NCBI GenBank assembly: GCA_963719495.1
Contig: CAVRCI010000001.1
Coordinates: 128,001 to 192,000, forward strand
Reading direction: 5' to 3'
DNA: 64,000 bases
DNA from: an uncultured Verrucomicrobiae bacterium
GTDB lineage: Bacteria > Verrucomicrobiota > Verrucomicrobiia > Chthoniobacterales > JAATET01
In this document: positions 30,193 to 39,629 of the stretch, in pieces
How positions within the stretch are numbered: the first letter of the stretch is position 1
Layout: each line of letters begins with the position of its first letter
The notes under the pieces: generated by a model
Seen by the model: the letters and a program-made list of their open reading frames with translations, nothing else
Databases searched by the model: none
What the model was told of the DNA's origin: nothing
Program-made: the position numbers and the translations under genes

Positions 30193-30963
30193 ATGGCGCC
30201 CGCCGCTCCCATCGCCCAAGACCTGCCCGCCTCCGGAGACCCCGTTTCTCCGCGACCACCCTTCGCGAACCCACCCCGCCACGTCGCCGTCATCATGGAC
30301 GGCAACGGGCGCTGGGCCCACCAACGCGGCCTCCCCCGCATCAGCGGTCACAACCAAGGCTCGCAAGCCGTCGGCGAGTGCGTCGAAGGCTGCCGCGACG
30401 CCGGCATCGAGTTCCTCACCCTCTACGCCTTCTCGTCGGAAAATTGGAAACGCCCGCGCGCCGAAGTCAGCGCCCTCATGCTCCTCCTCGACCGGTTTCT
30501 CGAAGAAAAAACCACCGAGATGGTCGAAAAAAACGTCCGCCTCGCCGCCATCGGCCGCCTCGACGACCTCCCGCCCTCCTGCCAAAAGCGCCTCCAACGG
30601 GCCATCGAAGTCACCGCCGACAATACCCGCCTCACCCTCACCCTCGCCCTCAGCTACAGCGGCCGGGCCGAGATCGTCGACGCCGTCCGTTCCCTCGTCC
30701 GCGACGCCGCCGCCGGAGAAATCAACGAAGCCGACATCACCCCCGAACTCATCGGCCAGCGTCTCTACACCCACGACCTCCCCGATCCCGACCTCCTCAT
30801 CCGCACCTCCGGCGAACTCCGCCTCTCCAATTTCCTCCTCTGGCAGCTCAGCTACACCGAAATCCACGTCACCAAAAAACTCTGGCCCGACTTCACCAAA
30901 GCCGACCTCTTCGCCGCCATCGCCGACTACTCCCAAAGAAACCGCCGCTACGGCGCAATCTGA
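30193..30963 (+). CDS. uppS: Undecaprenyl diphosphate synthase
   Basis: HVAVIMDGNGRWA, LYAFSSENWKRP and DPDLLIRTSGELRLSNFLLWQ. Confidence 0.97.
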   Translation: MAPAAPIAQDLPASGDPVSPRPPFANPPRHVAVIMDGNGRWAHQRGLPRISGHNQGSQAVGECVEGCRDAGIEFLTLYAFSSENWKRPRAEVSALMLLLDRFLEEKTTEMVEKNVRLAAIGRLDDLPPSCQKRLQRAIEVTADNTRLTLTLALSYSGRAEIVDAVRSLVRDAAAGEINEADITPELIGQRLYTHDLPDPDLLIRTSGELRLSNFLLWQLSYTEIHVTKKLWPDFTKADLFAAIADYSQRNRRYGAI

Positions 30964-31073
30964 CTTTCGGACCTTCCGACTTATGTTGACTCGCTCGCTC
31001 CCGCTCGTCTCGCCCTTCGGGCTGCATCGCAGAGCTAACCCAGTCTGCCCCGAGGCTTCCCAGCCTCCGGTGC

Positions 31074-31119
31074 TCCGACTTTCTGACTTTCTGACTTTCT
31101 GACTTTCTGACTTTCCGAC
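31074..31119 (+). repeat. Octamer tandem repeat (GACTTTCT)x4-5
   Basis: ccgactttctgactttctgactttctgactttctgactttccgac just upstream of the activator start; related units at 30961-30982. Confidence 0.9.
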
Positions 31120-31128
31120 CCCATCCCC

Positions 31129-32640
31129 ATGCCCGCCAAAAGCACCATCCTCATCGCCGACCGCGACTCCGACTTCCTCGCCTGGACCAAGACCCAGCTC
31201 GAGAACGACACCGTCCGCGTCCTCACCGCCACCGCCTCCGACGTCGCCTTCAAGACCGTCCAGATGGAAGCCCCCGATCTTGTCCTCGCCGAGATGCACC
31301 TCCATCCCTCCAGCGGCCTCGAACTCCTCGCCCGCATCCGCAAGGACAACCCCAACGCGATGGTCATCATCACCAGCGCCCTCGGCACCACCCAGGGCGT
31401 CATCGAATCGATGAAACTCGGAGCCTTCGACTTCGTCCGCAAGGAGCAGCTCCCCTTCACCCTCAAGATGGTCGTCGACGCCGCGCTCAAGGAGCAAGCC
31501 GACCTCCAGGCCTCCACCCCCTTCAAGCCCCAGCTCACCGTCGAGGAGCACAAGGAAGACATCGTCGGCCAATCCGACGCCATGCAGCAGGTCTTCAAAA
31601 TGATCGGCCGCGTCGCCGGCTCCGACGCCCCCGTCATGATCACCGGCGAATCCGGCTCCGGCAAAGAACTCGTCGCCCGAGCCATCCACCACTACAGCGC
31701 CCGCAGCAGCCGCGCGTTTCTCGCCATCAACTGCGCCGCCATCCCCGAGAACCTCCTCGAATCCGAGCTCTTCGGCCACGAACGCGGTGCCTTCACCGGA
31801 GCCCATTCCCAGCGCATCGGCCGCTTCGAACAAGCCGACAAGGGCACCCTCTTTCTGGACGAAATCGGCGAAATGCCCCTCACCGTCCAATCCAAGCTCC
31901 TGCGCGTCCTCCAGGAAGGCGAATTCTCCCGCGTCGGCGGCAACGAAACCATCCACACCAACGTCCGCATTGTCTGCGCCACCAACAAAAAGCTCGAGGA
32001 CGAGGTCGCATCCAAGGCCTTCCGCGAAGATCTCTTCTACCGACTCAACGTCGTCCGCATCCACCTCCCGCCCCTCCGCGCCCGCGTCGAGGACATCAAA
32101 CTCCTCGCCGAATACTTCCTCCAAAAAGCCGCCCACCAGCGCCACCGCCCCCTCCTCCAACTCTCCGAGGAAGCCATCCGCGTCCTCGAGGGATACCCCT
32201 GGCCCGGCAACGTTCGCGAACTCGAGAATACCATCCTCCGAGCCACCGTCCTCGCCACCACCGACGTCCTCCTCCCCAAGGACATCCCCCTCGGCCTCGC
32301 CTCCAACAGCGTCGACCCCCTCCAAGTCGAACGCTCCGACGTCCCCAAACCCACCGTCGAGCCACCCCACCCATCACCACCAACCACCCATCACCAACCA
32401 CCACCCGCGACCCCACCAGCGACGATCGACTCCGCCATCGACCTCCTCTTCGAAGCCGCCGCCACCGACGACGCGATCCAACTCCTCCCCTGGCTCGAAC
32501 GCGAATTCACGTTCAAAGCCATGACCCGCACCGCCAACAACCAAGTCCAAGCCGCCAAGCTCCTGGGAATCACCAGAGCCACCCTAAGAAAGCGCCTGGA
32601 AAGAAACGGAGCGCTCGGCCCCCACGAAGAAGACGATTAA
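31129..32640 (+). CDS. Sigma-54-dependent NtrC-family activator with degenerate receiver domain
   Basis: GESGSGKE, ESELFGHERGAFTGA, LFLDEIGE, FREDLFYRLNV, WPGNVRELEN and a Fis-type HTH (AAKLLGITRATLRKRL). Confidence 0.95.
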   Translation: MPAKSTILIADRDSDFLAWTKTQLENDTVRVLTATASDVAFKTVQMEAPDLVLAEMHLHPSSGLELLARIRKDNPNAMVIITSALGTTQGVIESMKLGAFDFVRKEQLPFTLKMVVDAALKEQADLQASTPFKPQLTVEEHKEDIVGQSDAMQQVFKMIGRVAGSDAPVMITGESGSGKELVARAIHHYSARSSRAFLAINCAAIPENLLESELFGHERGAFTGAHSQRIGRFEQADKGTLFLDEIGEMPLTVQSKLLRVLQEGEFSRVGGNETIHTNVRIVCATNKKLEDEVASKAFREDLFYRLNVVRIHLPPLRARVEDIKLLAEYFLQKAAHQRHRPLLQLSEEAIRVLEGYPWPGNVRELENTILRATVLATTDVLLPKDIPLGLASNSVDPLQVERSDVPKPTVEPPHPSPPTTHHQPPPATPPATIDSAIDLLFEAAATDDAIQLLPWLEREFTFKAMTRTANNQVQAAKLLGITRATLRKRLERNGALGPHEEDD

Positions 32641-32939
32641 AAGCAAGCGCATCAAGGAACGGCGCTTTGCAATCGTCGCACCAACCCAATCTGGCAAAGC
32701 CAGATATTCCCCATTCAGGCTACTTCAAGCTGCGGCGGCTTCCAGTCGCCAAGGCTCAACTTAAGAATGAACCGAAAAGGTTCACAACCGGACGATCGAA
32801 CCCATCCGATTCACAAGCTCCAAAGTGAACCACTGCGTCCTCATCGGCACCCTCATCCGCATCCGCTTCGCGACCCTCCTCGCCATCATCCTCTCCTGAG
32901 CCACCGCCTTCACTCTCTTCGCCGTCGTCAACTAAGCCC

Positions 32940-33842
32940 GTGCTCCACGCCACCCTCCGCGCCCGCTACCTCCGGAAAGGAGCCACTCCCGCCCGCGCCA
33001 CCCTCTGGGCCACCCGCGACCGCCTCCGCATCGAGGCCGCCCACCACACCGCCCGCATCGTCCGCACCGAAGGCACCGCCAACTTCCCCACCGACGACCC
33101 CCGCCCCGTCGCCATCTTCTCCCACTTCGAATCCGCCGGCACCGTCGCCGACTCCACCCTCGCCTACCTCGAAGCCCTCCGCACCGTCGCCTCCGCCATC
33201 GTCTTCGTCACCACCTCCGGCGACCTCACCCGCGTCCGCCACCTCGCCGACCTGGCCATTCTCCGCACCAACGTCGGCTACGACTTCGGCTCCTGGAAAG
33301 TCGGCCTCACCGCCGCCCACGAAACCATCACCACCCAAGGCATCATCCTCGCCAACGACAGCGTCTACGGCCCCCGCCGCCCCTTGGCTCCAATCGTCGA
33401 ACGAATGACCCCAAGCCCGTTTTGGGGCATGACCGATTCCCACGAAATCACCCCCCACCTCCAAAGCTACTTCCTAAGCGCCACCCCAACCGTCACCACA
33501 TCCCATTGGTTCCAGCGTTTCTGGAAGCAGGTCCGCCACGTCCCCAACGCCTACAAATTCCTCATCGTCCGCTGCTACGAAATCGGCCTAAGCGAACTCG
33601 CCACGTCCAACCAAATCACCCCCACCGCAGCATACCCCATCGAAACCTTCGCCCTCCCCAACTCCGATCTGACCACCCTCAACCCCACCCAAAATTACTG
33701 GCGAGAACTCGCCACCCACAAGACCTTCCCCTTCCTAAAAAAAGGAATGCGCCGCCCGGAAAACCGAAAAAAATACCAAGCCGGAGACATCGAAGAAGTC
33801 ATATCGCAGGAATTCGGTCCACCTAAAGCAATTTCAAAGTAA
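32940..33842 (+). CDS. Rhamnan synthesis protein F (RgpF)-like protein; 5' end possibly decayed
   Basis: VAIFSHF, RTNVGYDFGSWK, ILANDSVYGP, FWGMTDS, PHLQSYF, YEIGLS and FPFLKK. Confidence 0.8.
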   Translation: MLHATLRARYLRKGATPARATLWATRDRLRIEAAHHTARIVRTEGTANFPTDDPRPVAIFSHFESAGTVADSTLAYLEALRTVASAIVFVTTSGDLTRVRHLADLAILRTNVGYDFGSWKVGLTAAHETITTQGIILANDSVYGPRRPLAPIVERMTPSPFWGMTDSHEITPHLQSYFLSATPTVTTSHWFQRFWKQVRHVPNAYKFLIVRCYEIGLSELATSNQITPTAAYPIETFALPNSDLTTLNPTQNYWRELATHKTFPFLKKGMRRPENRKKYQAGDIEEVISQEFGPPKAISK

Positions 33843-34229
33843 CTGGCGACCTCGATAAGAGCCGACGAAAACGGGGCGAGGACGTCTCGTCCTCGTGTTT
33901 GGATCAGGAAGGCGGGACGCCCTCCCACCGCTTGCCGGATCACATCGTCCAATCAATTTGAAAGTGCTCTAACCAGAAACAACCGACCGAAAACGGAAAA
34001 CCCCTGTATCGGTCTCCGTGCCGGAGACCTCACGCTTGCGTTGAAGCCAATCTTGCGACGGAATTGAGAACCCGTTCTGTAGCGAGCACCGGCAACCCGC
34101 GCCAGCGGGAGCCGACCGCTTTGACTTTCCGTATCCTTTGCTACCTTCGCGACCTTCTGTTCAAACCTGTATTTGTATCCGAGCGTCAGTGTTGACTCGG
34201 ACGCTCCCGCTCGCCACTTGAGTCCCGAC

Positions 34230-35516
34230 CTACCCTTCCCCAAACAAACTAGCAATCCGCCCAGCCAGCTTCCGCCGCGCCACCGAAAACGAAAAAAACC
34301 GCCGCCCCAACTCGAAATTTACGTCCCCCCAATCCTCCCGTAATCTGGCGTTCCCCAAGACCTCCCGAGTCTGCTCCACCACCTCGTTCGTCACCAGCTG
34401 CGACATCTCGATCACCTGAAACCCCAGCGGATCAATGTCCCGTGCGTAAACCGCGTAAGAATTCACCACCACCGGTTTCCGAAAATAAATCGCCTCCAGA
34501 AACGCGTTCCCAAACCCCTCGTAGGAACTCGGATAAGTCACCAGATCCGCGTGCGGATAAACGTCGTTCAGCGTGTAGACCTTCTCCCCCCGCGCGTTCA
34601 CCCCGCGCCGCTCCCCGACCCGGTCCCAGATGTCCACCGCGTCGATCCCTGCATCCACGATCCGCTCCCTAAGAAGCTCGAGGTAATCATTCCCCTCGTC
34701 CCCCGCCGGGTGCGAAAAGATCAGCTTCAGCCCCGGCATCTTCAGCCGCCGCAGCAATTCGATTGCGTGCTCGATCCCCTTCCGCGCCACCAACCGGGTC
34801 GGCTGCAGCACCAGAACGTCCGAATCCTTCACCCCGATCTCCGCCCGGAAGTCCCGCGTGTAATCGTCGATCCCCGGAGCCGGCGTCTCGAAGTCGATCA
34901 CGTTGGGCACCACCGTCGCCGGTTGACCGAATCGCTGCGCCAATTCCCGCTGCTGCATGGAATTGATCACCACGTGCTCCGTCTGCGGCAACCGAGGCGG
35001 AAAGGCCGCCCCGAGATAATCCGCCGCGGAAGTCGTCATGAACCGTTCCCGCTCCCAGGCAAAATCATGGTGGTGCGCAATCGTCGGCATCCCCGTCTCC
35101 GCCATCACCTCCGTCATCGCCAACCCCAGCGGCACGTGCATCGGAATCGCCAGAATGTTCTGCGGAATGAGCAGCTCGAGCTCGTAGCGCTCGATAAACC
35201 GATAGATCGAACTTTTGAGCCGATCCTTCATCCCATGAACCCGGTCCGAGATCTCGCGGGGCCGAGTCGTTTTCCCAAAAAGATGACCCTGCACATCCAC
35301 GACATAAGGATGCCCAAAGAACGCCAGCGGATCCAAGTGACTCACCGCGTCCGGCTTATCCAGCAACCCCGCCATCCAATAGCACGTCGCCCCCTCCGCC
35401 TCCAAAATCTGCGCCCACTTCGCCGCCTCCAGCGTCACCCCATCCGTCCCGTGAAACCGGGTCGAGATGAACCCAATCCGCTTCGGAACCCGAGTCAAAG
35501 AAACCGACAAACTCAT
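34230..35516 (-). CDS. GT4 glycosyltransferase, MggS-like (mannosylglucosylglycerate synthase family)
   Basis: IGFISTRFHGTDGVTLE, IAHHHDFAWER, QPTRLVARKGIE and YPSSYEGFGNAFLE; clustered with gpgS. Confidence 0.75.
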   Translation of the reverse strand: MSLSVSLTRVPKRIGFISTRFHGTDGVTLEAAKWAQILEAEGATCYWMAGLLDKPDAVSHLDPLAFFGHPYVVDVQGHLFGKTTRPREISDRVHGMKDRLKSSIYRFIERYELELLIPQNILAIPMHVPLGLAMTEVMAETGMPTIAHHHDFAWERERFMTTSAADYLGAAFPPRLPQTEHVVINSMQQRELAQRFGQPATVVPNVIDFETPAPGIDDYTRDFRAEIGVKDSDVLVLQPTRLVARKGIEHAIELLRRLKMPGLKLIFSHPAGDEGNDYLELLRERIVDAGIDAVDIWDRVGERRGVNARGEKVYTLNDVYPHADLVTYPSSYEGFGNAFLEAIYFRKPVVVNSYAVYARDIDPLGFQVIEMSQLVTNEVVEQTREVLGNARLREDWGDVNFELGRRFFSFSVARRKLAGRIASLFGEG

Positions 35517-35565
35517 TCGACCCCATCAGAAGCAGGAACCCCGCCAACCCAAACAGATAGCCACG

Positions 35566-35601
35566 TACAAAACTTCGATGCGGCCGCATCGAAGTTTTGT
35601 A
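35566..35601. repeat. NotI-centred palindrome family, copy 3 (36-bp perfect palindrome)
   Basis: tacaaaacttcgatgcggccgcatcgaagttttgta, between divergent genes. Confidence 0.95.
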
Positions 35602-35638
35602 GGTCGCGGTGGGCCGACATCCTGCTTTCGATTGATCC

Positions 35639-37273
35639 GTGCCATTCATCGAAGACCACCTCCGCACCCTGTATCCGGCGAGCCTCGGCCTCCCCCAAGC
35701 CATCGAATCCCTCATCGAGGAATTCCAAAAAAACAACCCTCGACCCGCCAAAACGGACCCCGCCCCCCACCAGGAAGTCATCCTCATCACCTACGCCGAC
35801 CAACTCACCTCCCCGGACAAAAGCCCCGTCGCCACCCTCCACGCCTTCCTCACCCACCATTCACCAGCCAAGCTCACCCTCCACCTCCTCCCCTTCTACC
35901 CCAGCTCCTCCGACGACGGCTTCAGCGTCATGGACTACACCGCCGTCGACCCCGCCAACGGCACGTGGGACGAGGTTCTCGCACTCGGCGAAGACTTCGG
36001 GCTCATGTTCGACGCGGTCTTCAACCACGCTTCCGTCCAAGGAACGTGGTTCCAAAAATTCACCACTCGGGAGCCCGGCTGGGAAACCACGTTCTTCACC
36101 GTCGAAGGCGAACCCGACCTCCGCGAAGTCGTCCGCCCCCGCACCCACCCACTCCTCACGACCTTCCCCACCGCCAGCGGCCCCAAGCGAGTCTGGACCA
36201 CCTTCAGCGCCGATCAAGCCGACCTCAACTTCGCCGACCCCCGCGTCCTCCTCCGCCTCCTCGACGTCCTTCTCCTCTACGTCGCCCGCGGCGCCCGCTT
36301 CATCCGCCTCGATGCCATCGCGTTCCTGTGGAAAGTCCCCGGCACCACTTGCATCCACCTCCCCGAAGCCCACCGCGTCATCCAGCTCATGCGAGCCGTC
36401 CTCGACCAGGCCGCACCCCACGTCCGCCTCATCACCGAAACCAACGTCCCGCACACCGACAACGTCTCCTACTTCGGCGACGGCACCAACGAAGCCCAGC
36501 TCGTCTACAACTTCGCCCTCCCACCCCTCGTCTTCCACACCCTCCTAACCGGCGACGCAACCAAGCTCCAGAGCTGGGCCCGCTCCCTCGACCTCCCCAC
36601 CGATCAGGTCACCTTCTTCAATTTCCTGGCGTCCCACGACGGCATCGGAGTCAACCCAGCCCGAGGCCTTCTAACCGAAGAAGAAATCGAAACCCTGGTC
36701 GAAACCACAAAATTCCACGGAGGCTTCGTCTCCATGAAAACCCTCCCCGACGGCACCCAGATCCCCTACGAACTCAACATCAGTTACTTCGACGCGCTCA
36801 ACGCCCCCACCCATCACCACTCACCCGTCACCAATCACGAAGCGGTCCCCCGCTTCCTCGCCGCCCACGCCATCATGTTCGCCCTCCGCGGCATCCCCGG
36901 CATTTACTTCCACAGCCTCTTCGGCAGCCGCGGCGACCGCCAAGGTGCCATCGCCAGCGGAATCAACCGCCGCATCAATCGTCAAAAACTCACCGCCGCC
37001 GATCTCGCCAACGAGTTAGCCGACCCAAGCTCCCTCCGCTCTCAAATCTTCACCGGCCTCCGCGCCCTCCTAGATCAGCGAACCAACAACCCCGACTTCA
37101 ACCCCTACGGTTCGCAGGAAATCCTCGAATCCCCAAAAGAAGTCATCGCCATTCAACGAGGCCAAACGCTCTGCCTAACCAACATCTCGCCCACCCACGT
37201 CACCGCCCACAACGAGACCCTCGCGCCCTACGAAACCCGTTGGAAAAAGACCCCACCAAATACCATTCACTAA
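35639..37273 (+). CDS. GH13_18 sugar phosphorylase, probably glucosylglycerate phosphorylase
   Basis: LITYAD, HLLPFYPSSSDDGFSV, VWTTFSADQADLNF, RLDAIAFLWK, ITETNVPH, FLASHDGIG, YELNISY and NRRINR. Confidence 0.85.
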   Translation: MPFIEDHLRTLYPASLGLPQAIESLIEEFQKNNPRPAKTDPAPHQEVILITYADQLTSPDKSPVATLHAFLTHHSPAKLTLHLLPFYPSSSDDGFSVMDYTAVDPANGTWDEVLALGEDFGLMFDAVFNHASVQGTWFQKFTTREPGWETTFFTVEGEPDLREVVRPRTHPLLTTFPTASGPKRVWTTFSADQADLNFADPRVLLRLLDVLLLYVARGARFIRLDAIAFLWKVPGTTCIHLPEAHRVIQLMRAVLDQAAPHVRLITETNVPHTDNVSYFGDGTNEAQLVYNFALPPLVFHTLLTGDATKLQSWARSLDLPTDQVTFFNFLASHDGIGVNPARGLLTEEEIETLVETTKFHGGFVSMKTLPDGTQIPYELNISYFDALNAPTHHHSPVTNHEAVPRFLAAHAIMFALRGIPGIYFHSLFGSRGDRQGAIASGINRRINRQKLTAADLANELADPSSLRSQIFTGLRALLDQRTNNPDFNPYGSQEILESPKEVIAIQRGQTLCLTNISPTHVTAHNETLAPYETRWKKTPPNTIH

Positions 37274-37962
37274 TCACCCATCACGCAACTCCTCACCCCC
37301 CCCCACCCCCCGTCCTCGCCGAACCACCAGGTCCGCCACCCGGCAGCCCGCGGCGGCACCACGTCATTATCCTCCCGATCGCCGACCATCATCACCTCGC
37401 CCGGCGCGATCCCGAGATGCGCCAGCCGCGCCGTTAGCATCCGGAAAACGTGCGGATTCGGTTTACTGAACCCACTCTCGAACGACCAAACGCACAGATC
37501 CCGCTCGAACCAATCGACCTCGACCCCGCAAGCCTCCAGCTCGCGCAAAGTGTAAGCCTGCGCGTTCGAAGCGATTCCCAGAAGAATCCCCCGCCCCCGG
37601 CACGCCGCCAGAAACTCCAGCGCCCCGTCCATCACCCGCAACGACCGCCGCAACTGCATGTGCCGATACAAAAATTCCGCCTCCCCCCGTTCCGAGAGCG
37701 TGCCCAGTTCCGGCAAAGCCCGCCGCATCACGTCCCGCCAAACCACCTCGGGAAAGTCCACCCCCAACCGCACAGCCACCGAATGATCCCGCTCCACGAT
37801 CGAGCGGCATCCGGCATCGAACCCCGCCAAACTCAGCACCGGAGCCTCGCCGAAAGCCGCCGAATGAAGTTCAGCCCACCGGGCCTCCGCGTCCACCGGC
37901 CCCGGCCCCACGTCCAGAATCGTCCGATAAACGTCACAAATCACCGCCCGCATCCCCGTCAC
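37270..37962 (-). CDS. HAD-family hydrolase
   Basis: AVICDVYRT, GIASNAQAYT, FSKPNP and MVGDREDNDVVP. Confidence 0.85.
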   Translation of the reverse strand: MTGMRAVICDVYRTILDVGPGPVDAEARWAELHSAAFGEAPVLSLAGFDAGCRSIVERDHSVAVRLGVDFPEVVWRDVMRRALPELGTLSERGEAEFLYRHMQLRRSLRVMDGALEFLAACRGRGILLGIASNAQAYTLRELEACGVEVDWFERDLCVWSFESGFSKPNPHVFRMLTARLAHLGIAPGEVMMVGDREDNDVVPPRAAGWRTWWFGEDGGWGGVRSCVMGD

Positions 37963-39593
37963 TCCATCAAAATCGCAAACAAAAACCCAGCCCCCAAGCG
38001 TTCCCGAATCATCGCACCCTGAATCTCACCCCCTTCGCACCCTCGCGGCTTCGCGTGAGACCCCTCACTCCAAAAGCGCGCCGTATACCGCTCCACCCCC
38101 AACTCCGCTTCCGTCGCCACCGGCCAGGGAGTCACCGCCAACTCACCCCGCCAATCCCCCATCCCCGGATTCAACCCCGCACAAGCCGCCCAGGACTCCT
38201 CCGGAGGAATTGCCAGCACCGCCAACTGCCCAGCCAGCGTCAACCGCCCAAACGCCACAAGAGGGGTCACAAGAGGGGTCAGTCCGTTCATTGGTTCAGA
38301 ATCAAAAGGCACAAAAGGGGTCAGTCCGTTCATTGCAAAAGGGGTCACAAAAGGGGTCAGTCCGTTCATTGGTTCAGCAAAAGGGGTCGCAAAAGGGGTC
38401 AGTCCGTTCATTGGTTCAGAATTGCCGTCAATCAACCATCGCGGCGCTTCCGCCAATTCCCGCACCTCCTCCGGCAGACCCTCCCGCCACCGCGAGAAAA
38501 CCGCCCCCTGGCGCTTCGCCTCCGCCTCCAAATCCACCAACTCCGCCGCGATCCACACCTCATCGTAAGATTGCGGAAACCGAAACCCCCAGCCCTCGAG
38601 ATCCGGCATCACGTTCGGCAAACGCCGAGCCACCAGCGGCTTCCCCGCCGCCGCCGCCTCCAGATACGGCAGCCCAAACCCCTCCTGCACCGAGGTCATC
38701 ACCACCGCCTCGCAACCAGCGATCAGGTCCCCAATCTCCGGCCCATCTCCACTCGCCAACAGAGAAAACCGCACCCGCCACCCCCCCCGCTCCGCCGCAC
38801 CCATCAGCGCCCGAGCGTAACTCTCCTCCTCCCGCGAACTCACCCCCGCCGTCGTCACCAACCACCCCTCCGGCCGCAACCAACGGTGAAGCAGCACCGC
38901 TTCCGCCAAATTCTTCCGCCTCAAAAACCGAGTCGCCGCCACCCAAACCGGCCCATCATCGCCCAGCAACTCCCGCAACCAACCCGCGGAAGAACGGCCG
39001 CCACCTCGTCCTACCGCCATCACCGGATTCGGCAAAAGCAAGCTGCCCTCCACCCCCCGGGCATCCTGCCCATTGATCACCGCATGACGCAAAGCCGGCG
39101 AAAAAATCACCCGCCCCACCTCCGCCAGATCCGTGACCCCGGCCTCCGTCATTTCGGCCCACCGCCCCCACCGATTTTCGAACCAAAAGTCATGGTGATG
39201 CGACACCACCCGCCGCCCCCGCTCCGCCAGAGCCACCACCTCCCGAGCCAGCAGAAGATTCCGCCCCAACCCCAGATTGTGAACCCACACCACGCACCCC
39301 CGCTCGCAGATTCCCTCCAAATCCGGTCGCACCACCTCCCCCTGATCCGCCGAATACCCACACCCCGCAGCCACCACCACCTCCAGCGCCACGTCCCCCA
39401 GAGCCGCCCGCAACCCCGCCACCCACTCGTCCGCTCCGCCCTCGCCAACCAGCAAAGTCACCCGCCGCACCCCACCCGCCCGCGCCAGAGCCGGAAGAGC
39501 CATTTCGATCACCCGCCGCACCCCACCCGGACGCAAATGATAATGCATGACAACGAAATGGCCCGAAAACGGCTTCATTCCACCATTCACCAT
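37959..39593 (-). CDS. GT4-like glycosyltransferase carrying an in-frame repeat expansion
   Basis: HYHLRPGGVRRVIE, HHHDFWFE, RFLRRKNLAE and TSVQEGFGLPYLE; internal (SEP)MNGLTP repeated four times. Confidence 0.8.
   Translation of the reverse strand: MVNGGMKPFSGHFVVMHYHLRPGGVRRVIEMALPALARAGGVRRVTLLVGEGGADEWVAGLRAALGDVALEVVVAAGCGYSADQGEVVRPDLEGICERGCVVWVHNLGLGRNLLLAREVVALAERGRRVVSHHHDFWFENRWGRWAEMTEAGVTDLAEVGRVIFSPALRHAVINGQDARGVEGSLLLPNPVMAVGRGGGRSSAGWLRELLGDDGPVWVAATRFLRRKNLAEAVLLHRWLRPEGWLVTTAGVSSREEESYARALMGAAERGGWRVRFSLLASGDGPEIGDLIAGCEAVVMTSVQEGFGLPYLEAAAAGKPLVARRLPNVMPDLEGWGFRFPQSYDEVWIAAELVDLEAEAKRQGAVFSRWREGLPEEVRELAEAPRWLIDGNSEPMNGLTPFATPFAEPMNGLTPFVTPFAMNGLTPFVPFDSEPMNGLTPLVTPLVAFGRLTLAGQLAVLAIPPEESWAACAGLNPGMGDWRGELAVTPWPVATEAELGVERYTARFWSEGSHAKPRGCEGGEIQGAMIRERLGAGFLFAILME
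38256..38423 (+). repeat. Tandem array of GGGGTCAG-type element ends inside a CDS
   Basis: Four copies of AGGGGTCAGTCCGTTCATTG (three extend to GTTCAG), three preceded by a 12-bp CAA(A/G)AGGGGTC(A/G) stutter. Confidence 0.92.
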
Positions 39594-39629
39594 TCACTCA
39601 TCACCAATCACCAGCCACAATTCACCCAC

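Noticed and set aside
38256..38423. CRISPR array
   Set aside because: Inter-repeat segments are short, uneven and made of repeat fragments rather than unique spacers. No cas genes are present and the array lies within an intact ORF.
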